From Lingula anatina (taxonomy: Eukaryota > Animalia > Brachiopoda), in contig CM120647.1 of the NCBI GenBank assembly GCA_051362555.1, positions 20,560,651 through 20,624,650 of the forward strand: a DNA stretch of 64,000 nucleotides, read 5' to 3'. This document shows, piece after piece, positions 39,261 through 53,000 of this stretch. The translations under genes and the position numbers were made by a program. The notes under the pieces are model-generated. The model worked only from the letters and a program-made list of their open reading frames with translations. It had not been told where the DNA came from and did not search any database. How positions within the stretch are numbered: position 1 is the first letter of the stretch; every line of letters begins with the position of its first letter.

Positions 39261-40961
39261 TTATAACTGAAACCCCTTTCCTAATAATTTGTCCTTTGCT
39301 AGCTGAAACAGTCCCACAAACAGTTCTGTTAGTTTGGGATCAGCTTGAAAGCGATGCTGTATTAATTTTTTTGGTGATGGATTGGAGACCTCCGACTGAT
39401 TGTCGCTAACGCTTACAGAATCTCGATGCTGTGTCTGGGATGGGTAGCCATGAATGAACTCTGCAATCCTGTCTTGGGTGGTATGTGTTGCCTCCTGGTG
39501 TCAAAAATAAAAAAAATCAGATTCAGAGAGTTGCTCATGCAAGAATATCCCTCTGATAAAGGGTGGAAATGTGATGCCACAAACTTAAGTTAAAGTTATA
39601 AAGTTTATTTAGAAGCCTTATAATATTTTACAACAAACAAAAAAAAAATGATAAAAATAAAAAAAATCAGTCTCACCTGCCTCAAATTAATTTAAAAAAC
39701 ACAGTATATTTAGAAACATTTTATGTTTTTACAAAAAAAAAAAAAAAAAAACAAAAAAAACTCCAACTCACCTCCTCAACATTGCCCCCATCTAGATCCT
39801 GCACATTAAGATAAAGCATCCATGGGTTCCTACTCGACTGTCTCACTGAGATCTCTGAGACTGCAAACGCCTGCTGCTGGAGGTCTTCTTCTACGCTCAT
39901 GATGAACAGGATCTCAGAGGTCAGGAGGAGGGTGATAGGAGCGCCATCTATGGACGAGATATGCTGAGTGGCAGGCAGCTCCATGACTAGCTCCACACTT
40001 GGGAGTGTGTTAAGAAGCTTGCTGTAAATTTTAAGAAAAGGAAAGTCACCACCAGATTTTCATCTGAAATTTTTCAACAACAGTAATGCTTTTTTCCCCT
40101 ACCCATAATTGTAAGGCCTTTTACTCAAGACATCACTGCTGTCTTGATTTCCTGTAGCACATTAAAATGTATTGTGGTTATTTGGTAAATATCTATTTTC
40201 TTCACCACCATTTTAGAAATCTAAATCTTTCATAAAAATATTATATAATTAAATAAATTTAAAAAAAACTTTAAGAACACACCTGACAAATTTGAGATAA
40301 GCATTTGGCCAATCCTCCGCCAGCCTCACAGTGGGAGAGTACCTTGGCTCTGGAAGACGACTTAATCCTGTACCCTGGAGCAACCCTGGAGATGAAAAAT
40401 ATTACTTCTAACTCAACTATCTGAATATAACTGTCAGATTATGAGAATCATCAAAGATATCCCATAGTCTTGTGACTAGCATGGAATTAAATCAGATTAA
40501 GGGGGAGTTTGGTGCTGTTAAAACTAACGCAATTTTACTATATTGTAACTACATGTATTGTGTTATCACAGCTTAAAGAAAATGGTAATTCGTAAGATGA
40601 AATATTGCTAAATCCATCCTCAAGACACCAAAATAAGTGAGTAAAATGCTTAAAATTACTGTCCACTAGAGGAAGCACATTAAAAAGAAAATCATTTTCA
40701 CATCTGTTTACAGTTGTATATGATCTTAATGAACAGGCATCACTGGGCAAAAGAGCATAACTTGGGCTCACCTTGACCTGTTTGTGACACAAACTCTGCA
40801 GCGCCACCTATGGGTTTGGTGACAATTCCCATCAGCCCCTTCCCAACCCCTGACACAATGCCTGTAGCTTTCTGTGCAGGTGAGGTTGGAGTCTGGGTTA
40901 TAGTGGTCAGACTCTGGATGGGTTGGTCTGCTATACCTGCTATGGCACCTGATGGGCAAAG

Positions 40962-41008
<47 letters not shown>

Positions 41009-44000
41009 GCAAAGCACAAATTCCTTAAAACTACTTATTGTTAACTACATGACCCTGTCAAAGGTGGCAGCTCTGTCTGCTAAGTGGTTCTCTTACACCA
41101 TATCCAGGCTATTAAGCAGTCAATATTTCAAAACCTTATACCACTTATGAAATTCCACAGTATAATTATGCTCAATTTAAAAAGGTTCTCTGTTTCTTAA
41201 AATCATACTTTATGTAATTAGCAATGACCATATATAAATATCTTATACAGAGCTCACCAAGTAGACTCAGCCCAAATCCAGTGAACCCCTGTTTTAGTCC
41301 AGAGGACACCCCTACTGGATGATGTCGTCTGCTGTGTTCCTGTCTCTCAGAATGGTCAGTGTCCAGCGAAAGACGGTCCATGTTCCTGGATACACTGGAT
41401 GCAAAACTGGTGATAGATGAGAGAGTGCCTGAGAGAAAAGGAAAACCAAGGATAACAATGAACTGAAAAAAATTTGTGTTTTTTGATTTAAACTTTTTTT
41501 CATAAGGCACTGTCTTGAAAGAAAATAAACCACATAGGTTCACATTATTGATAAACTGAAGCTCAATTCTGTTTGTCTGCAACAATGGTAAAATACTTTG
41601 ATATACTGATGATTCGTACATAAAATACAATAGAAAAAGTATATTTAATCTTACAGTGACAACAGCTTCAATTGCATAAAATCAAAATGGCAAAAAAAAA
41701 AAGAAATACCTCTCAGTAAAGACTTATTTCACAAGTAGTAAAAAATAGCTTATGTTGTAAAATCACAACAAAACAAATACTGAAACACATGTACACAAAC
41801 ACAGAAATCCAATGCTCACAAGCACACATGGGCACAAGCACACCTTCACACTCACCCCCCCACACACACGCACACAATCAAAACAGTCTATCTCAATGAC
41901 AAATATTTCATCCACACTCACCTGCCGTGACATTAGCCAACAGTGACCCCATGCCCTGTGTCACCCCCCAACAAACACTCACCTGCTGTGACATTAGCCA
42001 ACAGTGACCCCATGCCCTGTGTCACCTCTCCAACAAACACTCACCTGCTGTGACATTAGCCAACAGTGACCCCATGCCCTGTGTCACCTCTCCAACAAAC
42101 ACTCACCTGCTGTGACATTAGCCAACAGTGACCCCATGCCCTGTGTCACCCCTCCAACAAATGCCCCCGGTCCTCTTGAGAGTCCAGCATACGGCATTCT
42201 GAAGAGGTCGGCTACTCCTGTCCCGATACTTCTGACCAGTCCAGTAGGGTTGCCTAGCAACTCTAGTGAACCGACCACCCACCCTGGAAGAAAATGTTTC
42301 ATGTAAAATAACCTCAATCTTTTTATTTTCTTCTATGCAGCTGATATACAGTGTGGTGCACTAGTATATACTCACTTAATTAATTTTAATTTTTTACTAA
42401 TCAATTTTAAAAAAGACAAAGAATGAAAATATATATATAGATATTTTCTTAACTTCATAAATTCAAATGCCAGCAAAATATGTTAAGAAAACAAAAGTAA
42501 ATGAATCATACTTATTACCTTTTAATGACTCAGTTCAATTCCATACCTAGATATTATGTTAACTGAATAAATCTTAAAATAAACAAGTTAGGAAGAAAAA
42601 AATAAAACAATTCAAACCAAACCCAGCATAAGAATTCAATCATCTAGAAGCATAAAACCAGAACCCAAAGTACCTATTTCAAAAATACCTGCTCTAAAGA
42701 GGGCGCCAGTGGCATAATGCATGGCTAGGGTCCTGATCAAAGTGCGGCTGGTTGTATGAAGGTTGTCAACATCAAAGTGTCCAAAATTCAAAGGGGTGTT
42801 GTCTGATGAAAGGAACAGCTTTAGAGAGGCATGGACACTAAGCTGCAAGCTCATTGGTTGGATTGACAGAAGCCGTAATCTAATTGGTTGACTGATGCAC
42901 ATAGCTTCGGCCAACACAGACCTGGGAATCAGATGTTTTGTTGGAAGATTTTTCTTCGAAAGTGGTACTGGAATGAAAGTGTCAATTTTCTTGAGCATGT
43001 CATAAACAAAGGTGTCCTCGATATACAGAGACATTGGTTTCATGGCAACATTGACTTTTTCCACCATCAAGCTGCCATCTTGTTGATACAGTGTCAAATC
43101 CACCATGACTAAGCAGTTTGGTTTCATATATGTCAACTTTTCAACTGTCAGTAGTTGTTCAAACTCAACACCAAGATGGCAGCCTTTGAAAGATGCCTGC
43201 TTCTGCAACACAACAGGAAAATGGTAGTTTCCAGTGTTGTACATCTGGTTATCAACCTGCAGGTTCCCAACGCAGACTGCAAATGTCCTCTCACCACTAG
43301 GTGGCACTTGTGTCACCCCTATAGGATAGTACGCGATGAAGATGTCGTCTGCTGTGATTCGCAACACTTCAGTGCTCTTTCTGGGATTTGTGACATCATC
43401 GGAAAGAATGCAGCAGACCAGTTTACACATAACAGCTGTTTCAATATGCAATCCCGGAGAATCTCTGTCTTCATTAGTAGCAACCTCTCCAGCATTGGTC
43501 TTGCCTTCTTCTGTGACATCCACTGGAACCAGATGAAAGGATTCAGAACTGGCACGTTTCTCCTCTTTTCCTGTCTCCATAATGACTGTGGTTGTCTGCT
43601 GTGTTATCCTGCTACGTATTTCTTTAGCTGAGACTTCTGCCCTGCTTACTGTGTTCACAAACACCTGGACAGTATGACCTTTGTGTTCAACATGAACTTT
43701 AACATCCTTAGACGCTGGTATATGCACAAAACTTTCCCGTGTTGACTCCAAATCAATACCCTGGCTCCACAACATTGTATTTTGTGCCCCTGATTCCACC
43801 GCCAGATGGAGCTTCAGGTGCTTCCCTTTGTTCTGGCCAATGGCTGGAAAGCTTGCAGAGATTTCTGGGAAGGTATAGTGGACTCTTCCATGAGGAGGGG
43901 CCAAAGGTAGTTCCTGGAATTGTTCCTGCTCTTCATGGACAGTGACCCCTACACCCAAGAAGGTAAGTAAATAAGTACTTAATATATGATCATTAATATG

Positions 44001-47000
44001 TGCATTACTGTAAATAATTACTGAATTATGGAAAAAACAGAAAAAGTCCCACATTAATCTCGAAAAAAGAGCAAACTTTTCATTGGCCTTGTAATAAAAA
44101 TTTTGAATGCCTTAAAACTATTGCAGCAGAATGGACATTTATTTTTCCAAGAAGCAATAAGTGTGATGATTTATGCAAAAAAGCATCTTAAAAAATTAAA
44201 ACCAGTACCTTTCATTTCGGGAGTCAGGCAACCCTGCCCAAAGTACAATACAGTATCTGTGTTATTATGCAACAATATAGATGGCGCCGGGTCATCCTGT
44301 ATCACAATATATGTCACTCCTTTCTTCACATGATGTGTAACCACACATGCACAACTCTGCCAAGCACCTTCAGAATAGAATGGGAACGTGCAGGTTGACC
44401 TTGACCCAGATTCTGGTAACCTTGACCCAGATTCTCCAACCTTCACCCTCAGGGGGACACTCCACATGAATCTGTGTGTGTCTGTCTTAAAGGGACTTGA
44501 CTCCTGTTCTACACTGCTGATTTCTTCACAATGAAGTTTGAAAAGAAGATATTTGGCATGATCTTTGGCTTGAGTGTCAGGGTCCAGTCTGGTCCAAGGA
44601 GAGAGTGGACGTAGTCCTGGTTGACCGCTGCTTGACCTTGACACGGACACAGCTTTGGAATGGTCCAGAGATAATGAAGTGTACTGGAATGATCAAATAT
44701 TCATTATGCAAACTGGGGAGGCACTTAGATTTATACAACAAAATAGTATTCAAAAAGAGCAGATACATTATTTAAACACGACACTGAACACAACCTGAGA
44801 AATACAAGAAAATCAATATGCATGTCTATAATTAGACTTATAATATTCAAAATAAGTAGGTCTATTATGTAACATGTTATTTTGAATAGAATATTATTAT
44901 AAAATGTGTTACTGTTAGAATACCACCTGAGAACTGAGAAAATCAATATGTATATCTGGCTATATATAATGTCTCAAACTTTCCAATTCCATTCCACTGA
45001 ATCTCCGATGGACAACGTGATTACCAGACAAACTTCATCTTAAAACTAAATGATATTCTGGAAGATTTGAGACTGTGATTGCAAAGAAATGCCAGTTTGT
45101 CAGACTAGAAATGTGCAGACTATTTTTAATATTCATAATAATTTAAACTTTAATTTTTACAGAATGTAGCATCCCTGCTGCTACACTTACTTTGTTCTGT
45201 CCAAAAGGCACCTCAGCACATAAGACCATAAGGTCAAGCTGTGACTGGTTGACCAGTTGGTACGTCTCCTGTATGGTCAGTACTCTCATGTGGTGGTGGA
45301 CATCTGATGTCAGGGTCAAGTAGTGGACCTGGAGACATAAGTACTCGTATGTATTAAGGTATGTCAAGAATGTAATAGTATGGTAATACATTATGGGGTA
45401 TGTACTGGTATGTGGTTATATGATTTAATGAACTTTTTGCCTATCTCTTGCTCCTTTCTCTCTCTTCTTCCTGACTTCATCCACCTTTGTCCCCTTATTG
45501 CACAAGCTCTCTCTCTTTCTCTCTCTCTGATCATGCATGCACATTAAAAACAAGTCCTCTCCATGCAAATCACGTACTTGGTTATATGATTTAATGAATT
45601 TTCTGCCTCTCTCTCTCTTTCTCCTCTCTCTCTCTTTCAACATCATCTTCCTTTCTCCTGTTTTGTAATAACAAGCTCTCTCTCTCTCTCTCTCTCTGTC
45701 TGTGTGATCAAACACATTAAAAACAAGTCCTCTTCATGCAAATCAAACAGTAGCTTTTTATGACCAGTAAATGAAAAATATGATTAGATCACATTTTTAT
45801 AAGCCACACCCTCTTCACTGTTCAGTATAACCAAATGATAACCTAAACACAGCTTATGCAGTGACTGGCATATCAGGCACACCTCTTTAATGAACATATC
45901 CTCTGTAACACAATGCTACCCTACCTGATCATCCACAATGATGGACACATTGGTCACACCCCCTTTGTAGACCACGCCCTCCACTCTTGGAAGATAACCT
46001 CGATCTTCTTCTGCTTCATCTGATAGCACCAGGATGTTTGAGCTATAGATGGCGCTGTTCTGTGTAACTCCAAGACGGAATCCACCCTGAAGTTCCAGGC
46101 AGCATTATTTAATTTTTACAATTTTCAGTATATTCATAATTCAAAATTTACATATTGCCATGCACAATTCCATAGCACTGTCCAATTAAAATTTTCTTTC
46201 TACATATAGTAAAGAATAAAATTCTAAATATAATAATACAAAGGAATTAAAATTTAAATCTAAAAGGTAAAAATAAACAAACACATAAAAAGAGATATGT
46301 CAAATCATACCAGATTTGAAAAACTTGGTTACTAAGGATGTAAACGACTTGGTACATGAACTCACTTCTAGTGGTGGTGGGGCCATCATCTCCCCACTCC
46401 TTATCACCCACACCTTCTCACTAGAACTGTCCACTATGGCCACGCTCATCCCAGCCCTGTTGACCACTAGTGACCAGGGGGTAATGTCCAACAACAGGGT
46501 ATTGCATCCCGGCCATCTCTGACTAAGGTGGACCTGGAGGTCTATATTAGGGTGTGGCTGGCTCAGGTCACCCCCCAGGGTGGGGGTAAGGGTAGGGGTG
46601 GTTGCCTGAGGGGTAGGGGTGGGATGGGAGTACGGCTCTGACTGTCTGGAGTCTGGAATGTTGGGACTGAAAAATGTGGTAAATTCAAAGTGATAAATTT
46701 TCATAAGAAAAATAACTCTTAAAAATATAAATGAATAATAAAAAACCCATACAACTGTAACTGTTATATGTAAATACTTTAGCAGACAACATTATTTTTC
46801 AGTCTAGTCTTTTCTCTCTCCATTATGTGGTTTTAGGTGATTTTTTCAAAAAATACCTGAAATCTTTGTCAGTGTATGGCCAGTGTGTATTACTCTCCGT
46901 ATCCCAGCTATAGCACTCTTTCTCTATGTCCAATGTGTCCACTGACTGATGAGTGACCTGGTCCGTCATCCCTGCAGACAGCGACAATGGAGGACTGGAC

Positions 47001-50000
47001 GGCTTCATGCAATCTCTGAGATTAAATGGTATAGCATAAGAAATGTTTAAATAATGCAGTTTGTCAATTTGAAGCATAGGTAAAATATTAAGTATTTGAA
47101 GATGGATACAAAATATGCTTGTCCAAAGCAAGAACATGTATGTGCTCAAAATGTGCAAGCTAATAAATAAATAAATTAATTAATAAAGCACTGAATGTTT
47201 AAAGAGACTCTAATTCTGTACCCTTTAACATATCTGAATTAAAAACTCATGTCCACAAACCCTTGTTGAAACGTCAACATGTGCGTCACGTCCCCACCCA
47301 CACACTGCAGCTGCTGCTCTACACCATGTCCTGGTAGTAGCAACTGTTGCATGCTCTTCATGCGCGGCGTATCCACATTCACAATCAGCTGTGATGGCAG
47401 GTGTGCTCTTAACACAAACAAAGGTGTGAAAAGTACCTGAGGGGGGAGAAAAAATGTCCAGTTAAGTGATACTTTGTCTAAACTGGCAACAAGAAAGGAG
47501 AGGGAATAGCATCAGCATTTTACAGATAAAGAGGAGAAAATTTACTTTTGTCAACAGTTTTTGATATGGTATACTGATATACCTGTGTCACATAAATTTA
47601 ACATACATGTGAAAGGTGTTATGTAGAATTCTCATGTATGTGGACAAATAGACAAACAGAAAACACTTACCACAGTCTGTGTGACATCACCATAAGATTT
47701 TACACTGCACCAGACATGTAGAAAACACTTACCACAGTCTGTGTGACATCTCCATAAGATTTTACACTGCACCAGACATGTAGAAAACACTTACCACAGT
47801 CTGTGTGACATCACCATAAGATTTTACACTGCACCAGACATGTAGAAAACACTTACCACAGTCTGTGTGACATCTCCATAAGATTTTACACTGCACCAGA
47901 CATGTAGAAAACACTTACCACAGTCTGTGTGACATCTCCATAAGATTTTACACTGCACCAGACATGTAGAAAACACTTACCACAGTCTGTGTGACATCTC
48001 CATAAGATTTTACACTGCACCAGACATGTAGAAAACACTTACCACAGTCTGTGTGACATCACCATAAGATTTTACACTGCACCAGACATGTAGAAAACAC
48101 TTACCACAGTCTGTGTGACATCACCATAAGATTTTACACTGCACCAGACATGTAGAAAACACTTACCACAGTCTGTGTGACATCACCATAAGATTTTACA
48201 CTGCACCAGACATGTAGAAAACACTTACCACAGTCTGTGTGACATCACCATAAGATTTTACCAGGACACTGCACCAGACATGTAGAGAACCATTTTTATC
48301 TGATGTTGACAGCTACAACAAGAAACAATTTTGAAGTGCATAAAAATGTTGAAAACTATTTTTTTTCTTGACTACTAAGTACACATAAAAATGGTAAAAA
48401 ATTAATACTGATATCTTTTATATTCCATCATGTTCACGAAACGTAACTAAATGATAATGAATATTAAATTCATTTGTTCATTTCAAAATGGTGTGGAAGG
48501 CAAAAACAAGGAATGGATGGAATCAGAAAAAAAATGGAAACAGTAGATGATGGAGGAAAGGAAATTCCAAGAAAACAAAATACAAGGAAGGATATACCAA
48601 GAGCCTACTTTTGAACCTAACATTAAAATACTTTAATTCATCCATTATTATTCAAACATGAAACCAAGACTACCTTCACCATCTTGTTTTCCTTCATCCC
48701 TTCTCCCGTCACTTCAATATCAGTAGACCAAGCCATCTTAGGTCCCATCAGTCTGACCTTGACCCCTGTGATCTCTGACCTCTCCATAACGAGGCTGGGG
48801 AGGGTCTGCTTAGCTCCAAGGATGTGTGGTGTCTCCTTGGTCAGTTGTTGCTGAAGGACCTTCACCTCAAGATGCTGGGTCAGTCTGTTGGCTATGACCA
48901 ACTGGCCACTGATTATAACCTGTTTTATTTTAAAGAGATAACAACTGTTAGTAAGATATCCATATTTCACAATAAATACATTGTAAAAAGTTCATAGAAA
49001 TATAATTAATTCCATTTTACCACCAAAAACAGTGGTTAATGCAATTATTCTGGAATTTGTGCTTGCCATCACATTATGTGACCTCCATAGATGGCTACTA
49101 GTACACTCTGAAATAATCTCTTAAGAGAATATAACAGAAAACCAGACTTTTTAGAAAAGGGTCTAACTTTGAATGTGGGAATGGATTCACTAACCATCAG
49201 TAAGTATGGGGAAATTGTCCTTTACCCCAGGAAATTCATTTTTTAGCCAAAATGAACAATTGTTATCCATTTAATATACATATATATTAACTAAAATGAA
49301 AAGTTATATAACACTATATAAAATATGGATAATTTATATAACTTTATATAAAATATGGATAATTAACTGACAGCAACCTGTGTCTGAAACATTTATTAGC
49401 TTCCCATTAATCATAACCTGTTCAATCAATTAAAACAGAATGTGTGTGACACTTAACTAACAGCATGTCAGTGGTGTGAATGATTGTGGTGAATAAAAAT
49501 CACAATAGAGGAAGGGCTTAATATGATACAGAATGTATAAAGAGAGTAATTTGAACTTGTTTTGATGTTTTTGAACTGATATCCAATATCAGCACCCATA
49601 TAATTTGCTTCAGAACAAAATTTTCATTAAGCTTCATTTTTCTGCTGGAGACACTTCATGCCTTTATTAAATACCATTTCTTAATTATTTGCTGTTAAAA
49701 CAGTGTAAAGCTTAATCTGTCACATACAGTTACAAGTACAATCATAATAAATTGCTGTGCTAAAGAAATAGAATTTGCTTCACTTTTATTAGACATTTTT
49801 AAAACAGAACTCAAAACATATCTATTAAAAAAGTTATGAATTTTTATAAGTGATTTGATGAAGTAACATTAATTCTACAATTCATTAAAATCAATTTACT
49901 TGTAATCAATTCCAATTTTGCTTTTCTTTGATCTCCCTATACATTAAGATTTTTGTTCACAATGCATTGTAAGATCTACTAAACAAATAGGATAGAAAAT

Positions 50001-53000
50001 TAATCAAATAAATAAATTAAACAAGTAAACAAATAAATGAATAAATATAAGCCAGAAATTTAACGTAAAAGCCTTTAATATTTCCTCTACAGTTTAACTA
50101 CATTCAACCATTGTGTCAGAAGGGATCTACTATACTTCAGTGATAAGGCTGCAATGTCATAGATCTATTTATAGCCTGGGCAATTCCACTGTCTACACAC
50201 ATCCTTTATATTGTGCTTGTTACAAAGTGCAGCTATACACAGACGAAATATATATATATGAGCTTGTTTGAGTTTGCTTGAGGAAGCGAAATGTTGTAAA
50301 GCATAAAAAGATTGAGGGAATTTCTTACATGAAGTCAAGAGAGCACCTGAAGACATTTACAAGTAAGTAAATGCAATCAATCAATCAAAGTCTCTGTTAT
50401 AGGGCTATTTGACTTCTGTGAAAAGTCAGACAAATTTGAAATAATAGCCACTCTTTTACAGTGATCCCCAAAAATAGGTCCATGAAGAAAGAAAAACAAT
50501 GTTACCCACATATGATGGGGGAAAAATCTAAAGCCTGAATATAATGTAAAACTAATAAAGCCCACCATTTGTAACATTGCAGCTTGATATATACTATATG
50601 CACTTAATGTTGCACATGTGGACAAAGCGGCCAAATAAAAATAAAAGGTGAAGGCATTCATTGAAACCCCAAATTCTTCAGAACAGAATAAATACAAGTA
50701 TCTGTTAGCTTTTTTTGTATATCTTAAATTCAACTTGTCTTTTTGGATCTGACCTCCAATCATAAATTTTTTCCACATTTATGCCTAAGCTAGGTCATGG
50801 GAGTAGATAGTGTACTTCCTAGTTAGATAAACTGTCATCATGAGACCATTACATTTTTATGGGTTGAACACATACACTATTTGTAAAACGCACTTTCACT
50901 TTGTCGTGTTTATTTTGTGTCTGTTCAGATATCTGATTTTATTAATACAGTCAGCTAATAAATAATATAGATTCTCTATGAAAGGGGGGGGGCAGGTTAC
51001 GAAAAACACTTAACACATCATTTAAGCATTATAATATAATTGTACCAAACACCAGCATTCCATTTTCAAATTTTATGTCACATTAAACATGTGTATCTGG
51101 CTAATTTAGAGCAATTGAATCAAAACTCACTTTGTTTTCAGATCTTGTGACTGATCAAAATTCTAAACCCTGTGAACATCACCGATGTCAGAGCTTGAAC
51201 AAAAGCTGATTTGATTGGCTGTGAACATTAAATGCAGTTGTCGGACACTTTTTCTGTGTAGTTTTCATACATAACTGATAATCAGTATGAGCCAGTACTA
51301 CCCTAAACTGTGTGGGTTGGTTATAGACCATGGGGCACAGGCTCTGAGGAATTATATACAAAACAACATTGTTGATGTGTGGATACAGCAACAGCAGGGT
51401 CAGCAGCAGCAGCAACAACAACAACCATCTTCAAATCAGCCATCTCAAGTGCTACTTCAGCAGCAACAGAATTTACAGCAATTTCTCCAGGCAAAGAAAT
51501 ACATCTTAGATCAGCTGTACAAAAACAAAAAGTTGCTCAAGAAACATCAGTACGACCTTCTGTTTCCACGGCAGCAAAACCAACAACAGCAGCAGCAGCA
51601 ACAACAAAAAAAACAACAGCAACAACAATCCAATCCCAACATTGCAGAGTTTGACATCACTCTCCTCTTTTTTCTAATCCGTCAACTCCACCCCAACCCT
51701 CCCTTCCAGCCTAACAGCAAGGAATGGGATGTCCCTGCTATGGCTAAAGGAAAACCTAGTCTTACCGCCGACCTGGAGGCAGCCATACACATCAAAATGT
51801 ACAGAAACAAATTTGCCCATCCAAAATCAACTGACATGACACAAAAAGACTTTGAGGCATCATGGGCAGAGATATGCCAGCATATCATACAGCTGGGGGT
51901 GCCACAGTGTGACCTTGATGCCTTGAAGGTCAAATCCCTTGACCCAGCTTTGGAGAGATCATTCGTGGAAAGAATCATAACCCAAGAGAAAGAGGATGCA
52001 GAAATAAAAGCAATCCTGTCACAGATTTTGGAGCTTCTCAAACCAAATCCCTTCGCTTTACCACCACCATTACAAACCACAGAGCGAACTATCAACCAGG
52101 CAGCAGAACTGACAGGTAGGTTGAACAATGTGTGAAAACTATTTGTTGTCATAGCAGCCCATGATAAGCACCACATGAGTTACACCAAACAAGCTGATGA
52201 CACTGTAGATCATTGAGACCTTATAAACAAGTTGTTTTTAAAAAACCATCATATTAAAGTAACTTATTGTAAACAACAGCTAAAATAAAAAAATGAACTT
52301 TTTTTCACAATATTCTGTCTATCAGGTAAGTTTCCTTCATTAGGGAATAAAGAAACATAAGATTGTAAAAAAGTAATTATGATTTACTTCTGCTGTTGTT
52401 TAGAATTAACTGATAACAGCGACTGATATTGACTAGATTGTAATGGTTACTTTAACTCAAGTATTATATCATTGTATCTTCCTAAAGTGAGAGGGTAAAA
52501 ATTTCATTACATTCTAGCCTCTTATCTCAAATCCCAATTTTGAAATTATAATGTTTTTCAAGTTTCTTGTACACTCAGGTTAACAGCATAGTGTCATTTT
52601 TATTTCAGAGGCTCAACTGCATCAACTCCAACTAAAACTGGCTTCCCTGTATCAGAAACGCTACAGTCGTATTCCAGTGATCCCTTTTGATCCAAAAGAA
52701 ACCATGGATATTGAACAAATTTATATTGAGTTAAGACTCCTGAAAGATGCCAACTCTACTTTGGGACATTTTTTCAAACCAAATATTGTTCCACTGAATT
52801 CTTACTTGGATTTGTTTGAAATAGAAAATGGAAAATCTCCTCGGCGAATTGTTGTGCGCGGTGAACCAGGAAGTGGCAAGACAACCCTCTCTATGAGAAT
52901 TGTGACCCACTGGGCAAACAGAATTCTGTATCTTTATAAAAATGAACAATCTCAATGTCAGTCCAAGGAAAATGAAACCTTTAAAGACAAACTACTCAAT

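Noticed and set aside
40740-41019. Poly-Tyr/poly-Leu ORF starts, and similar low-complexity ORFs at 34707-34990, 45425-45715 and 59459-59677
   Set aside because: Translations of intronic or intergenic microsatellites.
42888-46522. Plus-strand ORFs opposite large VPS13B exons, and the minus ORF 51682-52176 opposite the HEPN exon
   Set aside because: Antisense or alternate-frame shadows with no independent motifs or splice support.
47657-48286. Regular ~62-bp periodic array resembling a CRISPR array
   Set aside because: Units are wholly repeated with no unique spacers, derive from a VPS13B exon, and there are no cas genes; the context is eukaryotic.
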